From positions 1-62,651 of IMG/VR virus record IMGVR_UViG_3300010396_000012: a stretch of 62,651 nt of DNA. The stretch is one strand, 5' to 3'. Each line of letters starts with the position of its first letter. Position 1 is the first letter of the stretch. The notes below the pieces were generated by a model. It worked only from the letters and a program-made list of their open reading frames with translations, had not been told where the DNA came from and ran no database searches. Origin of the DNA: a virus. Its lineage: Duplodnaviria > Caudoviricetes. This document shows, piece by piece, positions 18,356 to 26,290 of the stretch. Both the position numbers and the translations under genes were made by a program.

Positions 18356-19529
18356 ACTGACAAAACTAAACACGACCATGGGTATCGAGTTGACGTTCAT
18401 GCCGCCGTGTCTGCAGGAAATGGTCGAGGCGATTAATCCTGAGTGCGACAGGGAAGTCGATGACGTTGTGCATCCGTTCGCATGCAACCATATCTGCAGT
18501 GGCTATGCGCTGGTGCTAGGCAAGGTCATGCAAGCACGCAACATTCCAACATGGGATGGCGTCAAGACCGATCCCGGCTGCGTCGAGGTACCAACGAAAC
18601 CGTACGGTACATTGAATGGTCTGGTGAAAGCCAGTCGCCAGATATGGAAGTGCGCAAGCAGTATCGGACTGGTGCCGAAGCTGGACAGCTTTAATGGCGG
18701 CGGCGCGCATATCCATACCGGCATCATGGGCAAGACACCAGAGCAGCGCGTCGAGTACGTCGGCCGCATGGCGTTGTTCGCGGCACAGAATCCATGGCTG
18801 AGTTGGGCGTTCGTCGGGCTGGTGGACGACATCAATGCTGAGCCGATTGCCATGCGGCATATCGTGTGCGTTGAACCGACCACGCGTGAGCAGTTGCAGG
18901 ATATGATTGCCGAACGCAAGGCATCGCTGGCAACGCATGAATTGCTGCTGCACGGCAAGGACGGCTGCTTTAGCGGAGCTATGGGGTACAGTAAACGTCT
19001 GCGTTGCCAAGCGAAGATTGATAGTTCACGCGCACATCTTATGCGGGCGAAGCTTGCCTTGCATCGGTTCCGTGACAGCGAGTTGGCCGTGACCGACTTG
19101 CGGATGCCGCGCCATGGCAAAGACAACGTGATGCGCTGGGCGGACTATGGCCCGAACGGAACGATTGAGTTCCGTGCGTTTGAAATGCCGGAAGACATCG
19201 CCACGCTGACGCGCTACATCAAGCTGGCCGATGCCATTGTGGGTTACGTGGCGCAGCAATCGTGGACGCATGTTGCCCTGCCGGAGATACCGACCAACGA
19301 ACAACAGAAGGCCATGACGTGGCGGCAACGGCGCGACGGATTCAACGCCATGCTGGTGAAGCTGGGGCTTAACCCGGCCGACTACAAAGCCGAGCGTGTG
19401 CAGATCGCCTTGCGTATGCGGTTCTACCGACCCAAGCCTGTCGCGCCGCTGATAGCGTCGATGGACGCGGCGATAGCCGGCACGCGGGCTGCACTGCGCG
19501 GCGAGGACAATTACGAACTGGCCGCTTGA
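18348..19529 (+). CDS. Putative amidoligase (COOH-NH2 ligase, GCS2/glutamine-synthetase fold)
   Basis: GIE, D.G..EV, GG.HIH.G and TIEFR motifs. Confidence 0.75.
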   Translation: MAKLTKLNTTMGIELTFMPPCLQEMVEAINPECDREVDDVVHPFACNHICSGYALVLGKVMQARNIPTWDGVKTDPGCVEVPTKPYGTLNGLVKASRQIWKCASSIGLVPKLDSFNGGGAHIHTGIMGKTPEQRVEYVGRMALFAAQNPWLSWAFVGLVDDINAEPIAMRHIVCVEPTTREQLQDMIAERKASLATHELLLHGKDGCFSGAMGYSKRLRCQAKIDSSRAHLMRAKLALHRFRDSELAVTDLRMPRHGKDNVMRWADYGPNGTIEFRAFEMPEDIATLTRYIKLADAIVGYVAQQSWTHVALPEIPTNEQQKAMTWRQRRDGFNAMLVKLGLNPADYKAERVQIALRMRFYRPKPVAPLIASMDAAIAGTRAALRGEDNYELAA

Positions 19530-19655
19530 AATCCTTTGGAGCAAACACTACTATAGGTTCCGCAGATGATGCAGGCTAGAATGTACTGCGGAGTTTGTTA
19601 ATTTGTGCGGGGCTATCACGCAACAAAAATCACAGGTTCAAACGCAACAAGGTAG

Positions 19656-19683
19656 TTGACAACTAGCAAAACCGTAGTACAAT
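19656..19683 (+). promoter_or_regulatory. sigma70-type promoter
   Basis: TTGACA-16 nt-TACAAT. Confidence 0.65.
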
Positions 19684-19724
19684 GAGCGTGCCAATCCGGC
19701 AAGCACCCAACAAGCGAGGGATAT

Positions 19725-20552
19725 ATGAGCAACGTGAATGTGAAGACGATCACCATTGAAGCCAGTTCGCGCGAGGAAGCGCTGGCCGAGTTGAAGGCCA
19801 AGCTGGGCGACGAGGTTCCGGCCGACGTGCTTGAGTTCGTGGTGTCGAAGTTTGAGGAACACGCCAAGGACAAGGATCACGGCGAACTGCTGATCGACAC
19901 GAAGGCGCGCACCGTCGAGGAAATCGACATCCACGCGGAGAAGATGAACGCTATCGACAACGCCAAGCATATCGCGAACCTGCCGCCCGAGAAGCGTTTG
20001 GCGGCGATGCGTGACTACGTGCTGGAACTGGGCCGCAAGTTTGGGTTCAGCGAGCAGGAAACGCTGGACAAGGCCAACGCCACGCGTCGCAAGGTGAACA
20101 GTGCGTTTGAAGCGATGGGTGTCAAGGTGCCGGCCGGTCTGGACGGTATGTTCGATACCAACAACGTCAAGGAAGACGGCGAAAGCCACAGTGAGACCGC
20201 CGCGAAGTTCGACAATGCCATCAAGCAGATGCGCAAAGCTGGTTTCAGCGACGACGCACTGAACCATATCGGCTGGTTCTACAACGCGCAGGACGACATG
20301 GTGAACACGCTGGTCAACCTGTTCAAGGTGGGCGGGTTCGGTAGCGGCCACAACCATGTGCCGAGCGCCAAGTTGTTCCAGCAGATGGACGACTATCTCA
20401 AGTGCACGAACGAAATGGTGTACGGGTGCTGCAAGCACGCCGGGGTTGACCCGCGTGACTTTGGCTTCCTGCCGGAGTCGGAGTGGCGTTCGCGCTACAA
20501 TGACATGGCCCCTGTTCGCGAGTGCATTCAGGAGACCATCAACAACGGCTGA
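19725..20552 (+). CDS. Hypothetical protein
   Basis: 275 aa, GAGGG RBS, strong codon bias, own promoter and terminator. Confidence 0.8.
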   Translation: MSNVNVKTITIEASSREEALAELKAKLGDEVPADVLEFVVSKFEEHAKDKDHGELLIDTKARTVEEIDIHAEKMNAIDNAKHIANLPPEKRLAAMRDYVLELGRKFGFSEQETLDKANATRRKVNSAFEAMGVKVPAGLDGMFDTNNVKEDGESHSETAAKFDNAIKQMRKAGFSDDALNHIGWFYNAQDDMVNTLVNLFKVGGFGSGHNHVPSAKLFQQMDDYLKCTNEMVYGCCKHAGVDPRDFGFLPESEWRSRYNDMAPVRECIQETINNG

Positions 20553-20567
20553 CTCTAGGCCATAGCC

Positions 20568-20594
20568 GAGTAGGGCGGAACTTCCGCCCTACTC
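20568..20594 (+). terminator. Intrinsic terminator-like hairpin
   Basis: GAGTAGGGCGGAA-C-TTCCGCCCTACTC. Confidence 0.7.
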
Positions 20595-20610
20595 TTGAGT
20601 CGATAATTAA

Positions 20611-20901
20611 ATGCCCTTTCGCACGCTAGGTTCAATCAACGATGTTTGGGTGTACGATAATCCCGACACTATGAAGCGTGAGTTATTCCGCAATGGGCAT
20701 TTAATTATCCACTTCCCTGAAGTAGCGTTTGAGTTTGACGGATACTATTACAAGTGGTATCCGCATGGCGAGAACAAATATATCGAGGAAATGTATATCG
20801 AGGACATGCGGGAGCTTGGGCCGTTCGATGAAGGTCATGAGTGGGGTGACCGCATTCACAAACCCTACGATCCACTGGCGACAGAACTTTGGAGTGAGTG
20901 A
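20611..20901 (+). CDS. Hypothetical protein
   Basis: 96 aa, coupled to the next gene. Confidence 0.6.
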   Translation: MPFRTLGSINDVWVYDNPDTMKRELFRNGHLIIHFPEVAFEFDGYYYKWYPHGENKYIEEMYIEDMRELGPFDEGHEWGDRIHKPYDPLATELWSE

Positions 20902-21290
20902 TGGGTAGAAAGAAAGAGTTTAGCGAAATCGAGGTGGAGGAAGCGTTGTCCGTATTCTGCACTCCGCCACGATGGCCGTGCAACCAGTGGTTCGCGTTTG
21001 GCCCGATGCAGATTTACATGCGTCGCAGCGTGCGGTGCTTGCACGGAACAGACGAAACTGTCAGAGCGTTAGACATCGCGAATGTGGAAGTAGCACAATC
21101 GCAGCGCGGAAAAGGTTTGTTCGGTCGGCTGTTGAACGCCGTCGATGCCGTGGGTGCTACTACAGGTACGCATATAATTTACGTCGAGTCGGTATTGAAT
21201 GATCGGTTCGCTGATTATCTCAAGCGCCACGGATTCATCTACGATACCGATACGCAGCCGCCGAGTTTCTACCGGAGAGTGGGACAATGA
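20898..21290 (+). CDS. GNAT-family acetyltransferase-like protein
   Basis: LDIANVEV..SQRGKGLF acetyl-CoA loop and N......L.RHGF motif. Confidence 0.7.
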   Translation: MMGRKKEFSEIEVEEALSVFCTPPRWPCNQWFAFGPMQIYMRRSVRCLHGTDETVRALDIANVEVAQSQRGKGLFGRLLNAVDAVGATTGTHIIYVESVLNDRFADYLKRHGFIYDTDTQPPSFYRRVGQ

Positions 21291-21526
21291 TCGCCATTGA
21301 ACACGGGATAGCACTACCGCCTGCCCGCAAGGCCGACCGTAACTTAATCACGCCGAGCCTCAAGAAACTCATTGCCCGATACGGCGATGCGTACCTGAAA
21401 GTCTATGGGTTGCGTCCGCATATCGAGTGGAACAATCCATGGTTCAAGATCACTGGTGTCGATGGGCGAGTCACACGTACCCGTCTACTGGAAATGGCCC
21501 GACAGCTTGAGTACCGGAGTGGCTAA
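21287..21526 (+). CDS. Hypothetical protein
   Basis: 79 aa, ATGA coupling. Confidence 0.65.
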   Translation: MIAIEHGIALPPARKADRNLITPSLKKLIARYGDAYLKVYGLRPHIEWNNPWFKITGVDGRVTRTRLLEMARQLEYRSG

Positions 21527-21527
21527 C

Positions 21528-21815
21528 ATGAATGACTGGAACGATAAACCGACGATGCCGCCACGACTGATGCGATTCGTGGCTGGCGAGATAGCGATAC
21601 TGATTGCCGACTTGCCGCCGTACACCGGCACGCCAGTCGAAGTGGTCGAGGTAGGCCCGTTCAAGTGCGGGGCGTGTCCGAATGTGCACGACTACCATAT
21701 CGCTTGCTGCGATGGCCGTAAGATTCTGGTGGACGATCCGGACTTGAAAAAGTTTGAGCCGCCTGCTGAGGACATGAGCGAGGAAGAAACCAACGAGTTG
21801 GAGGAAACCGTATGA
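21528..21815 (+). CDS. Hypothetical protein
   Basis: Start refined to MNDWND; GGAG upstream; CxxC motif. Confidence 0.65.
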   Translation: MNDWNDKPTMPPRLMRFVAGEIAILIADLPPYTGTPVEVVEVGPFKCGACPNVHDYHIACCDGRKILVDDPDLKKFEPPAEDMSEEETNELEETV

Positions 21816-22261
21816 GCTTTGAACGAGAGAATCGTTATTTTGTGTTCAAGCGTTCCGACCATACGCCGGAAGCCATCGCGACGTTGGAGTATCTTGCGAA
21901 GACGAGGGATCATATCCGCGACATGATGGGCAAGCAACCGCTGGAATGCGTAGTGGTCGAGTCAGACTGGCCCGAATACGAAACCGTATGGGACATGATT
22001 CAAGGCCGCGTCGAGGGTGAACAGGCCGAGCGTAGCTTGGTCAATGCCGACTTTGGTAAGCTGGAAGAACGTGTCATAGCGATGCGGCCGGAGTTGGGCA
22101 TGGGCTACGGAATCGGCGCACAGATTCGCCGAGACATGGTACTGGAAAACAATCGCATCGCTGAGCAGGCTGATGCAGCCGGCGCGTTTGCAGCGGGTGA
22201 AGGCTACTACGACGCGTACCAGATGATGGCGTTCGCGTTGTTTCGGACGATGGAGGAATGA
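21812..22261 (+). CDS. Conserved phage protein (CVVVESDWPEYE family)
   Basis: RE.RY.V.K.SD and CVVVESDWPEYE.VW motifs. Confidence 0.75.
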   Translation: MSFERENRYFVFKRSDHTPEAIATLEYLAKTRDHIRDMMGKQPLECVVVESDWPEYETVWDMIQGRVEGEQAERSLVNADFGKLEERVIAMRPELGMGYGIGAQIRRDMVLENNRIAEQADAAGAFAAGEGYYDAYQMMAFALFRTMEE

Positions 22262-22264
22262 CCG

Positions 22265-22645
22265 ATGCCCTACGAACCCTATGGCGAGCAGCACAGGTCT
22301 GACCTGTACGACGAAGCGCTCAAGCGTGTAAAGGCCATCTGGACGTTGGCCCGTCGCGAGTTTGGTATCAAGGAAAGTTTTGACGTGACGTTCGGAGCCA
22401 TGAACGACGACAGCATGGCGCGCGTACCTTCACCGCACAGTCACGTCATTCCCCGCAAAGAGCGCGCCAATATGGTGGTGCTGCGGGTGAGCAAGCAGGA
22501 GCTTGAGCGGGCGGACTTTGCCGAGACCGTCCTGCCGCGTGAAATGGCGCATGTCGTGTGCAAGATCAAGCCGGCACTGGGCAACCCATTTGCAGTCGAT
22601 GATGGCTGGCAAAAGGTTTACCAGAAACTTGGCGGAAAGTGTTGA
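22265..22645 (+). CDS. SprT-like zincin with a degenerate metal motif
   Basis: ETVLP-REMAH instead of HExxH; W..V...LGG C-terminus. Confidence 0.55.
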   Translation: MPYEPYGEQHRSDLYDEALKRVKAIWTLARREFGIKESFDVTFGAMNDDSMARVPSPHSHVIPRKERANMVVLRVSKQELERADFAETVLPREMAHVVCKIKPALGNPFAVDDGWQKVYQKLGGKC

Positions 22646-22729
22646 CACGGATATAATTCACTGGTTCAATGTACTCACACCAACCGGGCAGCCGTTAGGC
22701 CCATCCCATAACTGAGTAGGAGATTCCCC

Positions 22730-23119
22730 ATGAGTCAGGTTCAGTTCGTTATCGAAAAGAACATCCCGATCCCGAAGCGTGAAGTCGAGTTCGGCCCCCG
22801 TGGTTCGCAGTACCCCATCGAGCAGATGGAAGTCGGCGACAGCTTCCGCGTGAAGATCGTCGGCGCAACCGATGCCACCGACAAGGACGGCAACCCGCTG
22901 AGCGTCGCCGAGGACGCCAAGAAGAAGGCCAGCCAGAAGCAGAGCTACTTCTCCGCACTGGGTCGCAAGCTGGGTGTCAAGGTAGCCACGCGCTACTTTG
23001 CCGAGGATGCCGAGTACGGCCCGCACCTTCGCGTGTGGCACGACGGCCCGCGTACCGCCGAAGACGATGCAGCCGAGCACGCTGAGGCCGAAGGCGCAGG
23101 CGACATCGACTTGGATTAA
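22730..23119 (+). CDS. Putative DNA-binding protein (IEKNIPIP...YP...MEVGDSF family) with acidic tail
   Basis: Motif pattern; AGGAG RBS; TTGACA upstream at 22642. Confidence 0.7.
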   Translation: MSQVQFVIEKNIPIPKREVEFGPRGSQYPIEQMEVGDSFRVKIVGATDATDKDGNPLSVAEDAKKKASQKQSYFSALGRKLGVKVATRYFAEDAEYGPHLRVWHDGPRTAEDDAAEHAEAEGAGDIDLD

Positions 23120-23130
23120 CGCAAGTCCCG

Positions 23131-23161
23131 AGCAAGGGCGCATCACTGCGCCCTTGCTTTT
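23131..23161 (+). terminator. Intrinsic terminator
   Basis: AGCAAGGGCGCA-TCAC-TGCGCCCTTGCT followed by TTT. Confidence 0.8.
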
Positions 23162-23228
23162 GCCCGTTGTTGTAGTATTATCTACAAACCCATTGCGCCG
23201 CGCTCGCGGCCTGTCTAAGGTGACCCCT

Positions 23229-23582
23229 ATGAATGACGAGACCCAAGCCCCACAGAACGGCACCGAAGGCGATCCCGCGCCGACCGAGGCCCAAGGCACG
23301 ACCACGCTTGACCTGACCGCTGCAGATGCCGCACAGGGCGCTGGCTTGCCTGTTGTCGAGGTAGCTCCGGAAGCTGTCAACGAAGCCGTATCGCTGACGC
23401 ATACCGAGAGCGGGGTGGTGACGAACCTTTCCCCGACCGCAACTACCATCCCCGCAGGCGTTCATGGCGTGGTGTCGAAGCTGGAAAGCGAACTGCATGG
23501 TGAGTTCGCCAAAGGCCAGACATCTTTCCTGACGTGGATGGGCAGCATCATCGCCGAGTTCAAAGCCCATCTAAAGATGTAG
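23229..23582 (+). CDS. Hypothetical acidic protein with an amphipathic C-terminal helix
   Basis: Start refined to MNDETQ; AAGGTG RBS. Confidence 0.7.
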   Translation: MNDETQAPQNGTEGDPAPTEAQGTTTLDLTAADAAQGAGLPVVEVAPEAVNEAVSLTHTESGVVTNLSPTATTIPAGVHGVVSKLESELHGEFAKGQTSFLTWMGSIIAEFKAHLKM

Positions 23583-23603
23583 GTGGGTGCGTTGTCGCAA
23601 GAC

Positions 23604-23780
23604 CGTAGCGTCGGCGGATTACCCTGCTGACACAGGCGTTTCCTAGGTGCTGGTCAGAGCATCCGTGAGGAGACAACCGCCGACGTTACGATTTAATACT
23701 CCGCTGCACCGTCCACGATTACGTGTACTCCCCTCCCCGCGCGTAGCTATGGATGCCTTACGGCTGTAAAGGGTGCAGCG
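23604..23780 (+). ncRNA. Candidate structured non-coding RNA with two three-way-junction domains
   Basis: 14-bp stem 23604-23617/23677-23690 and 9-bp stem 23702-23710/23772-23780; G-U pairs on the + strand; complementary loops. Confidence 0.55.
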
Positions 23781-23827
23781 AACTATTAAATCGAGGGCTA
23801 TCACGATGGAAACGACTGGTCTTTAAT

Positions 23828-24070
23828 ATGCCACGCAAAGAACCACGCGACTACGAAGCCGAGTACGATCAGTACCATGGCAAGCAAGCGCAGATTGACA
23901 ACCGGAATCAGCGGAACAAGGCTGTTCGCAAGTTGAACCGCGAAGGCAAAGCCAAGTACGATGGCAAGGAAGTCGATCATAAACGTGGAGCCAAGAAAGG
24001 CGCAAAGCTTTCCAACGCAGATGCTAACTTGCGTGTGGTCAAGAAAGTCACTAACCGGAGAAAGGGATGA
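23828..24070 (+). CDS. Small HNH-like protein
   Basis: RDY..EY..YH...RN.RN and DG.EVDH...NLR.....NR motifs. Confidence 0.7.
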   Translation: MPRKEPRDYEAEYDQYHGKQAQIDNRNQRNKAVRKLNREGKAKYDGKEVDHKRGAKKGAKLSNADANLRVVKKVTNRRKG

Positions 24071-24252
24071 CGACGAAAATTAAAGTGACGATGGAAGAAT
24101 ACGCAGGGATGCCGGTGACTGTTTGTGTCAAGACGCCAGACCGTGATCTGCAGATTGTGGACACGCTGCTGGAAAAAGGCGATAGCGCTACCGTCTACGT
24201 TCACCAGAACCAAGATGTAGTGGTCGGCGAAATCAAGACGACGGCAGCGTAG
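24067..24252 (+). CDS. Hypothetical protein
   Basis: 61 aa, ATGA coupling. Confidence 0.65.
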   Translation: MTTKIKVTMEEYAGMPVTVCVKTPDRDLQIVDTLLEKGDSATVYVHQNQDVVVGEIKTTAA

Positions 24253-24254
24253 TC

Positions 24255-24533
24255 GTGACAGGAAACTTTACGGACAACATACTCGACATGGAAGTGCGCG
24301 TGCAGCTACAGCGCGCTCAGCAAGGTTTTGCCGTCCAAGTAGCAAAAGTTAACCCCGATGCCTCACTGACTATCCTTGGCACCCTGACAGGACAGGGCGA
24401 TATGCAGTACATCGGGGAGTGGTTGAAGCAGGGACTTACGCTGCAAGTGACTCGGATCACCGTCACAGGTATACCGATCCCGCCATGGTTTGACGAAGGA
24501 TACGGTATTCCCGATTCACTTGATGGAGCGTAA
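24255..24533 (+). CDS. Hypothetical protein
   Basis: 92 aa, tightly packed. Confidence 0.6.
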   Translation: MTGNFTDNILDMEVRVQLQRAQQGFAVQVAKVNPDASLTILGTLTGQGDMQYIGEWLKQGLTLQVTRITVTGIPIPPWFDEGYGIPDSLDGA

Positions 24534-24535
24534 TC

Positions 24536-24757
24536 GTGAAAGCAGGGCTGATGGACACGCTCACCAGAATAAAGGCTGAATTGCCGTACATGGCAGTCTT
24601 TTGGTTGGCAGAGTGTGTGTTCGTAGCAATGCTTTATCGCGCAGGGGTGGTAGGGTGGTGGCCGGTTCCGCTATTGTTGATAGGCAACTTGCTTGTCCTC
24701 ATGTTGTGCGATCTGGTTGACCAATTACTAGAGCGAGTTATAAATGGCAAGGAGTGA
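24536..24757 (+). CDS. Small two-TM membrane protein
   Basis: Two hydrophobic segments; GGAG RBS. Confidence 0.65.
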   Translation: MKAGLMDTLTRIKAELPYMAVFWLAECVFVAMLYRAGVVGWWPVPLLLIGNLLVLMLCDLVDQLLERVINGKE

Positions 24758-24954
24758 CCATGTGCTACGCAGTTTTGAAAGTCAGTTACAGGAACAGTGC
24801 TTCCCCAACTTACCTTGAAGTGGAACAAAAAGATCAGCTAGATTCAAAGCTGGACGAGGTAAAGAATCGCGCGGAAGTACAGAGCGTCGCGGTGTTCAAT
24901 CACGACGTAACCCACCGGCTTGTACCGACATGGCAGGTGGCGACCCATGAATAA
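24754..24954 (+). CDS. Hypothetical protein
   Basis: 66 aa, coupled. Confidence 0.6.
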   Translation: MTMCYAVLKVSYRNSASPTYLEVEQKDQLDSKLDEVKNRAEVQSVAVFNHDVTHRLVPTWQVATHE

Positions 24955-25285
24955 CTTTTTCCAACTCATTATTAATCTGACGATCAAGTCGCCGGATGGA
25001 AAAGACGTGCACGTTTCCACGTCACGCACGATCCCGTTTCAACCCGTCGAAGGGCTTACCCTGTTGCTTCCCTTGTGCGAGGGAGAGGACGAGAACTACG
25101 ACGCAGAGTACCCCATCGAACTGGGCGCACCGTCCTACAGCTATCTCGAATCAGGTTTCGTAGAGTCGCAGGAAGACGACACTGTGTACGACATGGTTCG
25201 CGACGGGGATGCCACACTATCCGAGGCCATGGACGCCGTGGTCAAAGGCTACGAAGCCTATGGTTTCAAGAAGGTACGTTCATGA
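24947..25285 (+). CDS. Acidic hypothetical protein
   Basis: Start refined to MNNFFQ. Confidence 0.65.
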   Translation: MNNFFQLIINLTIKSPDGKDVHVSTSRTIPFQPVEGLTLLLPLCEGEDENYDAEYPIELGAPSYSYLESGFVESQEDDTVYDMVRDGDATLSEAMDAVVKGYEAYGFKKVRS

Positions 25286-25578
25286 GTGAAGAAAAGATAC
25301 TCCGTAATCCGAAGCATACCACACTGCTAGAGTTCCCAAGTGGGTCGGGCAGATTAAGTGTCGTAGAGAACTTCGGGGAGTGGAACGAGTTACAGACACC
25401 GCAAATGTCGTTCATTGTAGACTGTGGGCCGGGGCGCAGTTTACAGGTAGACAGTATCCCGGCGCAAGCATTGGCCCAAGTCGCGTTTCGACTACTCAAG
25501 GTAGTTAAAGATCATGTCTCCGAAGTTGGTTTGGAGCGCATGTTTGAGCAGGAACTTGGGCCGTTCATTACTGACTGA
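25282..25578 (+). CDS. Hypothetical protein
   Basis: Start refined to MSEEKI (ATGA overlap). Confidence 0.65.
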   Translation: MSEEKILRNPKHTTLLEFPSGSGRLSVVENFGEWNELQTPQMSFIVDCGPGRSLQVDSIPAQALAQVAFRLLKVVKDHVSEVGLERMFEQELGPFITD

Positions 25579-25587
25579 GGAAACACA

Positions 25588-26133
25588 ATGTCCAAGACAA
25601 AGAGCAAGGAAGTACCTGTTCAGGTAGTACCGACTCCGGAAGACATCGCCGAGAGCGCACGTATCGTACAGGATGCGGAAATGCAGATTCCGGGCGGCTT
25701 CCATAGCGTCATAGAACTGCATCGCGGGGAGCGTTCCACGACTCCGATCCTGAGTTACGTGGAGCATATCAAAGCCGTGCATTGGGGACTGAGCTACATG
25801 CAGAACCTATGCTACCGCCTGTCGTACAACAAGGGCTGGCACAACGGCTACGACGGGGTTGACCCGTACGTCTTCGCTACCAAAATCGCACTGATCCATA
25901 GCGAGCTTAGCGAAGCATTGGAAGGTCATCGCAAAGACTTGCAGGACGACCATCTGCCCCACCGCAAGGCTGTCGAGGTCGAACTGGCGGACGCCATCAT
26001 CCGTATCTTCGATCTGGCGGGTGCGGCCAAGCTGGACGTGGCAAGCGCCGTAATCGAGAAGCTGGTATATAATCAGCACCGTGCCGACCATGAGGAAGCT
26101 GCACGCAATGGTGTAAATGGAAAGCGCTATTAA
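25588..26133 (+). CDS. MazG-like all-alpha NTP pyrophosphohydrolase
   Basis: LIHSELSEALE...VELADAIIRIFD...EKL.YN motifs. Confidence 0.85.
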   Translation: MSKTKSKEVPVQVVPTPEDIAESARIVQDAEMQIPGGFHSVIELHRGERSTTPILSYVEHIKAVHWGLSYMQNLCYRLSYNKGWHNGYDGVDPYVFATKIALIHSELSEALEGHRKDLQDDHLPHRKAVEVELADAIIRIFDLAGAAKLDVASAVIEKLVYNQHRADHEEAARNGVNGKRY

Positions 26134-26272
26134 GGAGCGCGTGTCAGGAGCACAAGGAAACCGTGTGTGAACGGAACCGACGTTGGGCCGTTGAGCCTTC
26201 GGGCGAGCCTCCAACGTGCTGACAACGGATGTTGGTAACATCAATCAACCCGAGAGGCACGGTAGCCTTTCG
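26117..26272 (+). ncRNA. Candidate CsrA/RsmA-binding RNA (CsrB/RsmZ-like sponge or regulated leader)
   Basis: Six GGA motifs in ~115 nt, five of them ANGGA, several in hairpin loops; cUUCGg tetraloop; 3' hairpin. Confidence 0.5.
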
Positions 26273-26290
26273 TCATTTGAGGAGCGTAGT

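Noticed and set aside
23604-23780. tRNA or hammerhead ribozyme
   Set aside because: No T-loop/D-loop consensus or CCA arrangement, and no CUGAnGA/GAAA core
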